Of a stretch of 64,000 nt of DNA, positions 35,175 to 44,318 are shown one piece after another; within the stretch, counting starts at the first letter, position 1, and each line of letters begins with the position of its first letter. The DNA is taken from contig JACPBS010000006.1 of the NCBI GenBank assembly GCA_016180195.1, forward strand, positions 4,681 to 68,680, written 5' to 3'. A model generated the notes under the pieces. That model had not been told where the DNA came from and did not search any database. It worked only from the letters and a program-made list of their open reading frames with translations. This stretch comes from Candidatus Woesearchaeota archaeon (GTDB taxonomy: Archaea; Nanobdellota; Nanobdellia; Woesearchaeales; UBA10216). Made by a program: the position numbers and the translations under genes.

Positions 35175-37193
35175 TTAATTAAGAGTTTTGTAACCATAGT
35201 CCCAGGTCCAATAAGGGTCTTCAACCATATATGAAGAGGGGCTTCCTGGCAGTCCCTTGGAATCGTGATTCCAGAGTTCTAAGCTCCTTAACTCGCCTGT
35301 ATCGAACTCAACACCCCTAAAAACATTATCCTTCAGAAAGTTATATTTTCTCATGAGGCGAGTGTCTGATTCTGCCAACCTCCTGAATATCCTTCCTTCC
35401 TGGATGTATGCGTTGAATGACTCTGCAAAATCTTCATAGCTGCTTGATTTTGCATAGCTGCTAACGAATTCGAAGTCATTGTCCGGTCTCTGCAATGATA
35501 AAAAAATGGAATAGGGGTCTGAACTTGAAATATTGAAGGATATGCTGGCAAAATGGAAATTAAGTGTTGAATTAACACCCTTAATTTCAGCGTATCTTTT
35601 GCCAGCTACGTGGCCGAATTCATGGGTTACCGTATTCATATATTCGAAATCACTCAGGGGTATGGAAGAAGTCATTTCAGAAAGGTCCAGGCATCCTCTT
35701 GCGTAATATGCAGGGCTGCAGAACGCGAAATTCCCTTTTGTCTGCATAATTACGACAGCCTCGCCAATGCTTAGCTCTCTTTTTCCTTCCGCGTCCATCA
35801 TAACGCCGAGGTTCCTTCCCAACCAGGTTACCAGAGAAACCCTTAGGTCGTCGATACTGATTACTGAATCCGGCAAGTCTTTTATCGCGGTGAAAAAACC
35901 ATGATAAATTGAACCAAGATGTTCTCTTAAAGGTTCGGTGGGTTTGCTTTCGACAAAAAGGCTAAAAGGACCGTACCTGAGAGCTGATTCCCTGTCAGAA
36001 AGCTCCTTTTCGAAAAGTGCTTTATCGATAAGCATGAGGGTGCGGATGTCAATATTATCCCCCACAGTTAAATTGTTCCTCCTCTGGAACCTTTGAAGGT
36101 CGGCAGATGCGGCATTTGAGCCTCTTTCCGTAAAGCCGAGCCTGACAAAGCCAAGCTGCCTAAGGGAACTTATTATCTTGTATTCGAAGCTTGAAGAATT
36201 AAACCGAGGAGTTCCGTTTTCATAATAGGGGATCAGATTATTTTCTATCAGGGCATAACGGGTTCCATTCATTATAGATAGTGCTGTTTGATCTTCTTTT
36301 AGGAACCTGCTCTTGAGTGAGCACCCAGTCCCTGGTTTATTAATCCTGTTCCTGCACCAATCCGGGTTGTAATTGCCGCTGAGCAAGCTGAAGTCCAGGA
36401 TGTTCACAAAGCCATCTTCATTAAGGTCAGCCAAGGAATTGTAGCTATTGCCGCAGTAAGAGCCAAAGCTTTTGTTAATCTCCGAGAAAAGTTTGCCGCA
36501 ATAATCAACAATTGAATACTCATGGACATAAAGCATTCCGTCATACAATGCTTCTGCAAGGATTGTGTTGCCTTCCTTGAATCCCGGAAGATTTTTTTCA
36601 AAAGGGACTCCTATTTTCGTAGTGAAGATGTAGATGCCGTTATGCATTGGCAAAGGCTTGAATTCCTTGATTTTGCCTGAAGAAAATGACTGGATATTTT
36701 CTTGACCATTTCCCAACTGGCTGGAATTCGCATGCACGACCTTAACGGGCCTTGATGTCAGTACAAATAAAGCATCTACTTCATCTCCCTGCTGCAATAG
36801 TGAAAAAGCCCGATCCTTTCTTTCCAAATCCATTCCTCTGTTACCTGGAGTCGTTGAAGATGTATCACCACCGATTCCGGGAGAGTCGGCGAGAGCATTG
36901 ACAGAATAAGGCTCATAGTCAATTATGGAATCGATCCTTACCCTTCCTATATCGATAGGGTAAGGATCAATGCTGCAAACCTCTTCCTGCAAAGGGCAAA
37001 TGCTATCCTGCCTTATGGACAGGATGGTGATTTCAATCAGGGCCCTATCAGCGTTTTTTGGAGAAGCTCCAATCACTTTTTCATAGTCCTTGAAGATAGC
37101 ATATTCCGCAGGAACCCCTGTAGCCTCCTGTTTGCTTGAACATCCTGACAGAAAAAGGATGAATAAAATAAAAAAGGCTGCGGCTGATCGCAT
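35175..37193 (-). CDS. Lipoprotein with dockerin-like, peptidoglycan-binding-like and zincin metallopeptidase motifs
   Basis: FLSGC lipobox; DLNEDGFVNILDF; LRQLGF...FQRRNNL...IDIRT; HEFGH and YAKSSSYEDFAESF. Confidence 0.7.
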   Translation of the reverse strand: MRSAAAFFILFILFLSGCSSKQEATGVPAEYAIFKDYEKVIGASPKNADRALIEITILSIRQDSICPLQEEVCSIDPYPIDIGRVRIDSIIDYEPYSVNALADSPGIGGDTSSTTPGNRGMDLERKDRAFSLLQQGDEVDALFVLTSRPVKVVHANSSQLGNGQENIQSFSSGKIKEFKPLPMHNGIYIFTTKIGVPFEKNLPGFKEGNTILAEALYDGMLYVHEYSIVDYCGKLFSEINKSFGSYCGNSYNSLADLNEDGFVNILDFSLLSGNYNPDWCRNRINKPGTGCSLKSRFLKEDQTALSIMNGTRYALIENNLIPYYENGTPRFNSSSFEYKIISSLRQLGFVRLGFTERGSNAASADLQRFQRRNNLTVGDNIDIRTLMLIDKALFEKELSDRESALRYGPFSLFVESKPTEPLREHLGSIYHGFFTAIKDLPDSVISIDDLRVSLVTWLGRNLGVMMDAEGKRELSIGEAVVIMQTKGNFAFCSPAYYARGCLDLSEMTSSIPLSDFEYMNTVTHEFGHVAGKRYAEIKGVNSTLNFHFASISFNISSSDPYSIFLSLQRPDNDFEFVSSYAKSSSYEDFAESFNAYIQEGRIFRRLAESDTRLMRKYNFLKDNVFRGVEFDTGELRSLELWNHDSKGLPGSPSSYMVEDPYWTWDYGYKTLN

Positions 37194-37229
37194 AACTACA
37201 TTCTTGTCTTCTCTTTTTTAAAAAATTTC

Positions 37230-38333
37230 TTATTTTTTTCTAATCTCAAATCGCTTATCCAGCGTTCCCAGCTTCTCCACTATTCCGCCATACTCAAGCT
37301 CGTTCATTCCAAGCATTGATGCACCCGAAAAGCCCTGCTCCCGAATCGCAATCGCCTTCTTTGCGGCCTTCTTCCTGACATGATCCCAAAACGGGTCGTC
37401 AGCGAAAAGGTCTACTGAATCAGTCAGCTTCCCGTTCCTGACGCAGAACCCCTGTGCGCTTACCAGAGGCGGGCCGTCGAAATAGGAAACCTCCTGGCCA
37501 ACTTTCACAGGAGTCAGCGGACCAACATGACTGCCTCTCATGAAGCCCGCAACATAGTGGCATATCTCGAAAGGCGAAAGAACCTCTCCTGTTGCAGGGA
37601 AGGATCCCTGGGTTCGGACTATCATGACAGGATCGTCCTTGCCCGTGTATTTTCCCGCAATGTTGTGCAGCCTCGAGGTGCTGACAACCGCAGCGATATG
37701 CCCGCTCATCCTTGAATGGATCGACTCGACAACATACCTCTGGTTATCCCTAAGCAACGCAGCTATCTCGTAAATCTCTTCAGGCGTGTTCAGCCTGATT
37801 ATGCGGTCGCCTTCCGTATGGGACACGTCCATTATAGTGAACGTAAAACCCTTGAACATGCTCGGGCTCAGCATCAGCCCTGAATTATGCATGGGGTCTG
37901 CAAAGCTCGAGTATAGAGGCAGGTTATAAGCTCCCGGATCTGTCTTGTCCGCAGCAAACACTATGAAAGGCTCAGCAGGCCTTTCATCAATCTCCATCTC
38001 TGCCGATGCAGGGCCCGCACCCCTAACATTACCTGAAAAAGAGTCAACAAGAAGATCCTGGCCCGCCCCGTATAATCCCTGCTCCTTGGCAACGGCTGTG
38101 CCTTCCTTGAACGCGTCCCAGGCCAGCTTGTGAATTAGCGGATTATCAGCGCCCTGGCCATGGGTCATAAGGATTGATATGTCATCGCCAACACTGAAAA
38201 CCCTGAAATCTATAACCAGGCTGCTTTTCTTTACGTAGTCCTTAACCGCGCCCATAACCTGCCTGCTCGGAACAGCGTGCCCAGCTATGCTCCCGATATC
38301 CGCCTTTATGACTGATATAGTAGTCTTCATCAA
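37230..38333 (-). CDS. fbp: Fructose-1,6-bisphosphate aldolase/phosphatase
   Basis: SVIKADIGS..GH, YGAGQDLL, ADKTDPGAYN, GKDDP and YFDGPP motifs. Confidence 0.95.
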   Translation of the reverse strand: MMKTTISVIKADIGSIAGHAVPSRQVMGAVKDYVKKSSLVIDFRVFSVGDDISILMTHGQGADNPLIHKLAWDAFKEGTAVAKEQGLYGAGQDLLVDSFSGNVRGAGPASAEMEIDERPAEPFIVFAADKTDPGAYNLPLYSSFADPMHNSGLMLSPSMFKGFTFTIMDVSHTEGDRIIRLNTPEEIYEIAALLRDNQRYVVESIHSRMSGHIAAVVSTSRLHNIAGKYTGKDDPVMIVRTQGSFPATGEVLSPFEICHYVAGFMRGSHVGPLTPVKVGQEVSYFDGPPLVSAQGFCVRNGKLTDSVDLFADDPFWDHVRKKAAKKAIAIREQGFSGASMLGMNELEYGGIVEKLGTLDKRFEIRKK

Positions 38334-38410
38334 AACCCCACCTCATTTTAACATATGGTAATATTTAATCATACCACATCATATAAAAAATTTTCTGTTA
38401 GAAAATACAA

Positions 38411-38792
38411 TTATGCTGCCTTTTCAAGGATGGAGTCGATGGTTTTTTGCCCTACTTCTGGTGTGAACCCTTTTTCCGCTTCAGCAATTTCTTGTGCATT
38501 AACCCTACCTGTATAATTGAAAAGAACCGGAAGACCACCATATTCGTCAGGTATTACAACTGTCTTCAAGGAAAGATATACAGTGGCATCGAAAGGATAC
38601 CCATCTACCGGCTGAATGTTTGTTTTCAGGCAATAACCTTCCCAGCCAGAAAAACCCTCAGGCAATGGAAGCTTTGGATTTAAGTGGATAAGTTATGCCT
38701 CCACCCAGAATAAAGCCTAGCCTTTCCAGCTTTGCCCCATATTCATGTTTGAATCTATCATTTATCCTGGCAGCCTCTTCCTGCGTTATCAT
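38411..38792 (-). pseudogene. Probable frameshifted hypothetical gene
   Basis: A 44-aa ORF (38792-38658) and the ORF ending at 38411 join into one reading if one base near 38690 is removed. Confidence 0.35.
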
Positions 38793-38848
38793 GTTTTCCA
38801 GCCTGTTCAGTTAAGTTTATAAATATTATGACAATCTCGAAACCGGAT

Positions 38849-38956
38849 GGGCTGGTAGTTAAACCTGGTATAACGCGCCCTTGGCTAGGGTGAGGCTTCG
38901 GGTTCAAATTGTTGTCAAGCCAACAGGCTTGCAGCGTGCAAGTCCCGACCAGTCCA
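38849..38956 (+). tRNA. tRNA-Ala(GGC) with a 34-nt intron in the T-loop (about 38910-38943)
   Basis: Acceptor GGGCTGG/CCAGTCC-A; D arm; anticodon arm CGCCC-TTGGCTA-GGGTG; T stem TCGGG/CCCGA split by a hairpin-forming insert after TTCAAAT. Confidence 0.85.
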
Positions 38957-38963
38957 CTTTTCA

Positions 38964-39332
38964 ATGCAGACAATAAAAGAGCTTGTGGAACTGGTGAAGG
39001 TTTGCAGGAAAAACTGCCCCTGGTGCAGGGAGCAGTCGTTTGAATCCTACTCTGACCAAGTGCTTAGCGAGGCTAGGGAGCTTGAAGCTGCAATAAAGGA
39101 AAAGGACATTGCCAATGTGAAAGAGGAGCTTGGTGATCTTCTTTGGGATGTGATAATGCTCCTTCACATCGCAGAGCATAATAAAATGTTCAGTTCGGAT
39201 GAAGTGATAAGGCTCGTCAACGAGAAAATGAAGCGCAGGAAGCCATACATAGTCAGCGGAGAAGAGGTAAGCCTGGACAGGGCAATGGCGATCTGGAACG
39301 AGCAGAAAGCAAGGGAAAAGGGATCCAGGTGA
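38964..39332 (+). CDS. MazG-like nucleotide pyrophosphohydrolase
   Basis: CPWCREQ, EARE, EELGDLLW and KMKRRKPY motifs. Confidence 0.88.
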   Translation: MQTIKELVELVKVCRKNCPWCREQSFESYSDQVLSEARELEAAIKEKDIANVKEELGDLLWDVIMLLHIAEHNKMFSSDEVIRLVNEKMKRRKPYIVSGEEVSLDRAMAIWNEQKAREKGSR

Positions 39333-40234
39333 AAAATCACGGGTTTCTCTTTGCATTCCTGTCTTCCGTGTTTGTTACAACCTCATTTATTTTTGTGCAG
39401 CACCTGTTACAGTTCATCAGGCCTGAACTCCTGATGGCCCTTTGGTTTCTGTCTGCTTCAGCAACCTCTGCAGGCATCGTTGCATTTTACAAGAGGGAAA
39501 ACCCTGTTGTATACTTCAGAAGGAACTGGAAAGAAGGGCTGGTTCTCGGATTTGTCAATTTCATTTCCGCCCTCACATGGACCTTCTCAATACAATTTAT
39601 CGGGGCATCGCTTACTTCCTTCCTGCTAAGGCTCACAACGATATTCATGATCCTGCTGGGAATCATATTTCTCAAGGAAAGGCTAACCTGGATTGAAATT
39701 GCAGGCGCAGTAATCGCCATAATCGGAACATTTGTGATAAGCTTCGATTCACAGAGCCTCCTCACCCTTGGAATCGCGGTTGCAATTGCATCCGCGTTTT
39801 TCAATGCAATTCACGACACACTTGCAAAATCCCTAACGTCAAAAATGGACCCTCTTGTGATGGCTAGCATAAGGACTTCGTTTTCCTTTTTTTTCCTTGC
39901 ATCATACGCCGCCGCACTCGGAAAGATCGTGTCCGTTCCGCCAGGATTGTTTTTCCTTATACTAATAGGGTCTACAATGAGTGCAGTCATCGGATACATA
40001 TTCTACTTCCTTTCCATGCAAAGGCTTGAGATCTCAAAAGTTGCCATAATAAGGACTTTGGACCCATTTGTTGTTATGCTCTATGCATTAATAATATTCA
40101 GGACATTCCCAACAACAATTGAGTTGACAGGCGGAATCATGATAGTGCTTGGAGTGATTCTTTCAGAGGTTGAAGTAGGCCGTGCAATCAGCAGGACAGC
40201 ATCAAGAATAGCTGATGGCAATATTTTTAAATGA
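39329..40234 (+). CDS. EamA/DMT family transporter
   Basis: Ten TM helices; IFLKERL motif. Confidence 0.88.
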   Translation: MKNHGFLFAFLSSVFVTTSFIFVQHLLQFIRPELLMALWFLSASATSAGIVAFYKRENPVVYFRRNWKEGLVLGFVNFISALTWTFSIQFIGASLTSFLLRLTTIFMILLGIIFLKERLTWIEIAGAVIAIIGTFVISFDSQSLLTLGIAVAIASAFFNAIHDTLAKSLTSKMDPLVMASIRTSFSFFFLASYAAALGKIVSVPPGLFFLILIGSTMSAVIGYIFYFLSMQRLEISKVAIIRTLDPFVVMLYALIIFRTFPTTIELTGGIMIVLGVILSEVEVGRAISRTASRIADGNIFK

Positions 40235-40667
40235 AGAAGCAACTTTCAAACGGGTGGAAAGCGACTGCATATTCTGCAAGATAATCCAGGGAAAGATTCC
40301 CTCGTTTAAGGTTTATGAGGATGACAAGACCCTGGCATTTCTCGACATTGGGCCCGTGAACAAAGGGCATGCGCTGGTAATCCCGAAGGAACACTATGAA
40401 TTATACATGGATGTGCCGGAAAACCTGCTTCTGGTGTGGATGGCCTCGGTCAGAAAGGTTGCAAAAGCTGTTATGAAGGCAACCAATTCAGATGGGCTTA
40501 ACATAAGCCTAAGCATGGGAAAGGCTGCCGGGCAGACTGTAAACCACGCACATTTCCACGTAATACCCCGGTTTGAGGGAGACGGATTCAGGCACTGGCC
40601 ACAGGGAAAATACGGGGAAGGGGAAGCCCTGCGGTATGTGGACAAGATAAAGGCTGATTTAGAATGA
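40215..40667 (+). CDS. HIT family hydrolase
   Basis: CIFCKII, GHALVIPK and HAHFH motifs. Confidence 0.93.
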   Translation: MAIFLNEEATFKRVESDCIFCKIIQGKIPSFKVYEDDKTLAFLDIGPVNKGHALVIPKEHYELYMDVPENLLLVWMASVRKVAKAVMKATNSDGLNISLSMGKAAGQTVNHAHFHVIPRFEGDGFRHWPQGKYGEGEALRYVDKIKADLE

Positions 40668-40995
40668 TAAGCTTCGATGACTTTCTAAAAATGACATAAG
40701 GGTTGGGAAAATAGTTCAGGCAGAAGACTATCCTGATGCAAGGAAGCCCTCTTACAGGCTGAGAATTGATTTCGGCAGCGAAATCGGAGTGAAGCAGTCA
40801 AGTGCCCAGATAACCCGCCTCTACCCAAAGGATAGGCTCATTGGGATGCAGTTTATGGCAGTTGTGAATTTCCCTCCAAAGCAGATAGGGAAATTCATGT
40901 CAGAAGTCCTGACCCTCGGGGTTCCTGACGAAAAAGGGAATGTTGTCCTCATTTCTCCGGAGCGTGAAGTAGCGGTTGGCGCAAGGATGTTCTAA
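40664..40995 (+). pseudogene. csaA: CsaA tRNA-binding/secretion chaperone with a 1-nt frameshift near 40690
   Basis: MISFDDFLK is in one frame and DIRVGKIV...SSAQIT...NFPPKQIG...SEVLTLG in the -1 frame. Confidence 0.8.
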
Positions 40996-41573
40996 AAATT
41001 ATTCCGAAAACCTTTCGAAATTGGAGTAAAAACTTTAATATAGCCTGCCATTGCTTTTAAATATCAATGGGGAGGGCAGCGAAGCGAATGAGGGAATGCC
41101 TTGTTTGCAGAAATTATTGCCCATCAGCCGGGTATGTATACGAAAAAACAGTCAAATACATATTTTATTGCAATTACTGTAACAAGAAGATCTCGATTAT
41201 TCTAGAACCTCTTCAATGACCCTTTCTTTATTTCAACCATTTTCCTTTCCCATTCTTTATCAGAAATCATTAATGTGGGTTTGGATGGTGGCATTAAAGC
41301 GTCTAGCATCTCAAATGGATCTTTTGGCTTTCGCTTTAGGTATTTGATCATGCCTTAAATCTTAGATATAGAATTAATAAAGCTTTCTATTTGGGGACAT
41401 CGTCATATTTGGGATTCTGTTAACTTAAGGTTGGTGAGTTTTGAACTTTAGTTGGGATAAAACAAATAGTTAGAACATGGACAAAATGAAAATTTATGAG
41501 TTAATACTTCGTGGTCTGGAGTGCGGTGAGCTGAAGAAAGGGAATCCATCATTAAATGTTTTTCTGCCAAGCC

Positions 41574-41800
41574 TCAGCCGAAAGTCAGGACTTTTTCTGA
41601 TTCTTCAACAAGCTTGAGAAGTTCTTCCATCGTGGATAACGGGCATACTTTGCTACCTTCTTATCTGAGGCATGTCCCGCAAGCAAGAATGCTGCCGCCT
41701 GCGCTGAGAAACTTCTGATCGGAGGAATGGTAATTTTTGCATCTTTCACGCTTTCAAGTTCAACGCCTTTTCCTAGAGAAAAACTTTCACAGCCTTAAGG
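41574..41800 (-). pseudogene. DsrE-family protein remnant
   Basis: Fragments VKVFL / LGKGVELES / GGSILACGTCLR*EGSKVCPLSTM...SEKVLTFG lie in different frames, with an internal stop. Confidence 0.7.
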
Positions 41801-41820
41801 GCCATCCGGGCGTAATAAAT

Positions 41821-42210
41821 TCACCTTGCGTTGTTGACGATTTCAATGATGTCCTTTTCAACTTGCTCGGCTTCACTGGGATTTACTTCAGGAAAAAACC
41901 GGGAGATCATGGTTGGCTTCATCCCGACTATTTTCACCTTTCCAGCGTCTTCCAAGACATTGATTTTGCAAGGCATGCAAAGCGATATGAGCCTGTTTTT
42001 ATTCAAGAATTGGTTTGCATGCTTGCCAGAGCATATCTCAATGATCTTCAATGGTTTCTGGTCAAATCCTTTCGCCGCAAGCCTTTCCTTTACATCATAA
42101 ATTTGAAACAGCGTCCAGCCTTTCTGCTCTACAGCTTTCAGAACTGAGACAACAGCCTCATCAAATCCTTTTTTCGTATCAGCAATGTATGCGAATTCTT
42201 CAACGTTCAT
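41821..42210 (-). CDS. DUF302 domain protein
   Basis: FDEAV..V...GW...YDV...IIEICSG...ISLCMPCKI pattern. Confidence 0.8.
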   Translation of the reverse strand: MNVEEFAYIADTKKGFDEAVVSVLKAVEQKGWTLFQIYDVKERLAAKGFDQKPLKIIEICSGKHANQFLNKNRLISLCMPCKINVLEDAGKVKIVGMKPTMISRFFPEVNPSEAEQVEKDIIEIVNNAR

Positions 42211-42219
42211 GCTTGTACC

Positions 42220-42519
42220 TCATTTCAGCTCTTTCTTCATTTCTTCGTATTGTTTTTTGGTTATCTTGCCTGAGGCATACCTTTTTTTTAGTATGGTTGA
42301 AGGGTCATCTTCTTCTTTTTTGCCTGACTGCGCTGCATTGACAAGTGTAATAACCAGCCATATCAGCACGCCCCAAAACAACAGCATAAATATAAAACCA
42401 AATCCCATTCCAAAACCCATCATGCCGTATCCGCCCATCCCAAAGCTGCCAAACAAGAAAAGCAGTGCAACTGCAACGAATACCCAGATCCAGACTTTCT
42501 TGTTTTCTTCCATCATCAT
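42220..42519 (-). CDS. SHOCT-domain membrane protein
   Basis: GMMGFG TM region followed by ILKKRYASGKITKKQYEEMKKEL. Confidence 0.85.
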   Translation of the reverse strand: MMMEENKKVWIWVFVAVALLFLFGSFGMGGYGMMGFGMGFGFIFMLLFWGVLIWLVITLVNAAQSGKKEEDDPSTILKKRYASGKITKKQYEEMKKELK

Positions 42520-42614
42520 TCCTCCATATCCTCGTTCATATCATCAAACTGCTTCCTTGTGAGTTCTCCCCGGGCAACCTCTTTGCAAATATCAATGTCT
42601 TTTTCATGGTTCAT
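42516..42614 (-). CDS. 32-aa stand-alone SHOCT-like peptide
   Basis: MNHEKDIDICKEVARGELTRKQFDDMNEDMEE; ATGA overlaps at both ends. Confidence 0.45.
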   Translation of the reverse strand: MNHEKDIDICKEVARGELTRKQFDDMNEDMEE

Positions 42615-42919
42615 CCACCCCTGCGAGCTCTTTTTGCCAATCGTTCAGACAAAACTTCTCGTATGATGTCAAAAGCTTTAATGATCTTGGGGTTTGTGAG
42701 TTTGTAATAGATGTTCTTGCCATTTCTCCTGGATGCAACGATTCCCTTGGACTTCATGATCGATAAGTGCTGGGAGATGTTTGCCTGGCTTAGTTTTGTT
42801 TTTTGAATCATTTCAGTTACTGACAACTCTTTTTTCAAGAGGTTCAGGATTTCAAGCCTTGTTGGATTTGAAAAAACTTTGCATATTTCAGCATGCAGCA
42901 CAAAAAGTCCTTTTTCCAT
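42611..42919 (-). CDS. ArsR/SmtB-family transcriptional regulator
   Basis: KVFSNPTRLEIL...SQANISQHL...GKNIYY. Confidence 0.92.
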   Translation of the reverse strand: MEKGLFVLHAEICKVFSNPTRLEILNLLKKELSVTEMIQKTKLSQANISQHLSIMKSKGIVASRRNGKNIYYKLTNPKIIKAFDIIREVLSERLAKRARRGG

Positions 42920-42921
42920 AA

Positions 42922-42943
42922 CATATTAGTATATTCTAATATG
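42922..42943. promoter_or_regulatory. ArsR-type operator
   Basis: CATATTAG-tatatt-CTAATATG inverted repeat directly upstream of the arsR start. Confidence 0.65.
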
Positions 42944-43140
42944 ATTATAAATCTTTTGGAAGATCGTCCAGAAATTCAATTCACAGCTCCAATGAACTGA
43001 CCATCACGTTTTGTGGGTTCCGTTGCTGATAACCTTGCATAAGCAACACTACTTCGCAGTGATTACGAAATTGAAACATTTAAATACTGCCTGATTTTAT
43101 CTTATAAAAATACAGTACATTTTAATGGAGGTTGCTCAAA

Positions 43141-44046
43141 ATGTCACAAATCGTGCAGATAAAATCACCTGTGCTGGCAGCTGTTACAGACCAGACAAGC
43201 TATGTAAAAGCCAGAAATCAAGCTGAAAAACTCTCCAACGAGCATGGTTTAACAGTAGCAGACATGCCAATGGCAATACAAGCTATGACTACTCGTCCTG
43301 AGGTTCGTGAAGCAATCAGACCTGTATGGATTGATACAATCACTGGAGAATATCACGGCCAGCGAGATGGCCGTTCTTATGAAACATGGCACTCTGCAGG
43401 CTCTTTAGCTACTGCAAAAGGCCTGGAAAAGCTATTCAAGCAGGCTGGAGATTACGCTTTCATGCCTATTTCTGATGATGAATGGGTTGCTGTTGGCAAA
43501 GGCAGCTACAATGGTCAGACCGTTGCCAGAGTTCACTTGGAAGATGCAAAGAAAGGCAATGTTCCTGCACCAGGAACTCCTTACACAATCTTTGTCAGAA
43601 TGGACAAGGACAAGCCAACTATCAATGGCAGAGGCCAGTTGGATCATGATACTTTTATGCAGGATGACAGAGTCCTGATGATTACAGGAAGCCCTGACAG
43701 CAGGGAAGCACTGGCTAAAATGCTCTTTGGCAAGAAAGAAGAAGGCGGAGAAGGCTGGAGCAACATTGGCAGCTATCACAGAATTAACGAAGTTGGCTTT
43801 GATGCAAAGCCTAAGGGGCGCCTGGCGTATCTCGACGGCTATTATTATGGCCTCGGTGGCTACTACGACATCTACAATAATGGGCGTTTCGTCGGGGTAG
43901 GCGCCGGAGGCGCAGTTGCGCGCGAAAAATCAGCTTCTCAAAGCATCGTGCAGCCAACTCTCGAGCAGACGCTGGCAGTTATCAATAATCCAGACTTAAA
44001 CAGAGAAGGCATGTTAAAAGCCGTATATAAGCTGTACCTGCAGTAA
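43141..44046 (+). CDS. Probable DGR target protein with a C-terminal variable region
   Basis: GGAGG RBS; GRLAYLDGYYYGLGGYYDIYNNGRFVGV encoded by 18 consecutive NNY codons, followed by a GCGCC-GGA-GGCGC hairpin. Confidence 0.75.
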   Translation: MSQIVQIKSPVLAAVTDQTSYVKARNQAEKLSNEHGLTVADMPMAIQAMTTRPEVREAIRPVWIDTITGEYHGQRDGRSYETWHSAGSLATAKGLEKLFKQAGDYAFMPISDDEWVAVGKGSYNGQTVARVHLEDAKKGNVPAPGTPYTIFVRMDKDKPTINGRGQLDHDTFMQDDRVLMITGSPDSREALAKMLFGKKEEGGEGWSNIGSYHRINEVGFDAKPKGRLAYLDGYYYGLGGYYDIYNNGRFVGVGAGGAVAREKSASQSIVQPTLEQTLAVINNPDLNREGMLKAVYKLYLQ

Positions 44047-44154
44047 ATTTATATCTTCTAATACCCTATGGTATTGGCTGAATCGATGATTTGTGAATCG
44101 ATAAAAAGGCTTTTCATAATCTTTTTAAAACCCCCTGTTTTCTTTTCCGTATAT

Positions 44155-44311
44155 GCCGCTGTAGCTCAGCCTGGTCAGAGCGCCACGCTCATATTAGTTG
44201 AGCGATGAGACAAAGGTCGATGATTTAACTCTGACTTTGGGCCACGTGGAGCAAAACAGGACTATCCTGTTTTGCACGCAGAGGTCGGGGGTTCAAAGCC
44301 CCTCAGCGGCA
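44155..44311 (+). tRNA. tRNA-Met(CAT), elongator-type, with two introns (44194-44243 at 37/38; 32 nt in the variable loop)
   Basis: Acceptor GCCGCTG/CAGCGGC-A; anticodon arm CCACG-CTCATA^A-CGTGG; T arm GGGGG-TTCAAAG-CCCCT. Confidence 0.85.
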
Positions 44312-44318
44312 TTATTTT

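Noticed and set aside
38758-38973. 71-aa minus-strand ORF
   Set aside because: It is antisense to the intron-containing tRNA-Ala
41215-41352. 45-aa minus-strand ORF (MIKYLKRKPKD...)
   Set aside because: Short, with no recognisable family; left uncalled
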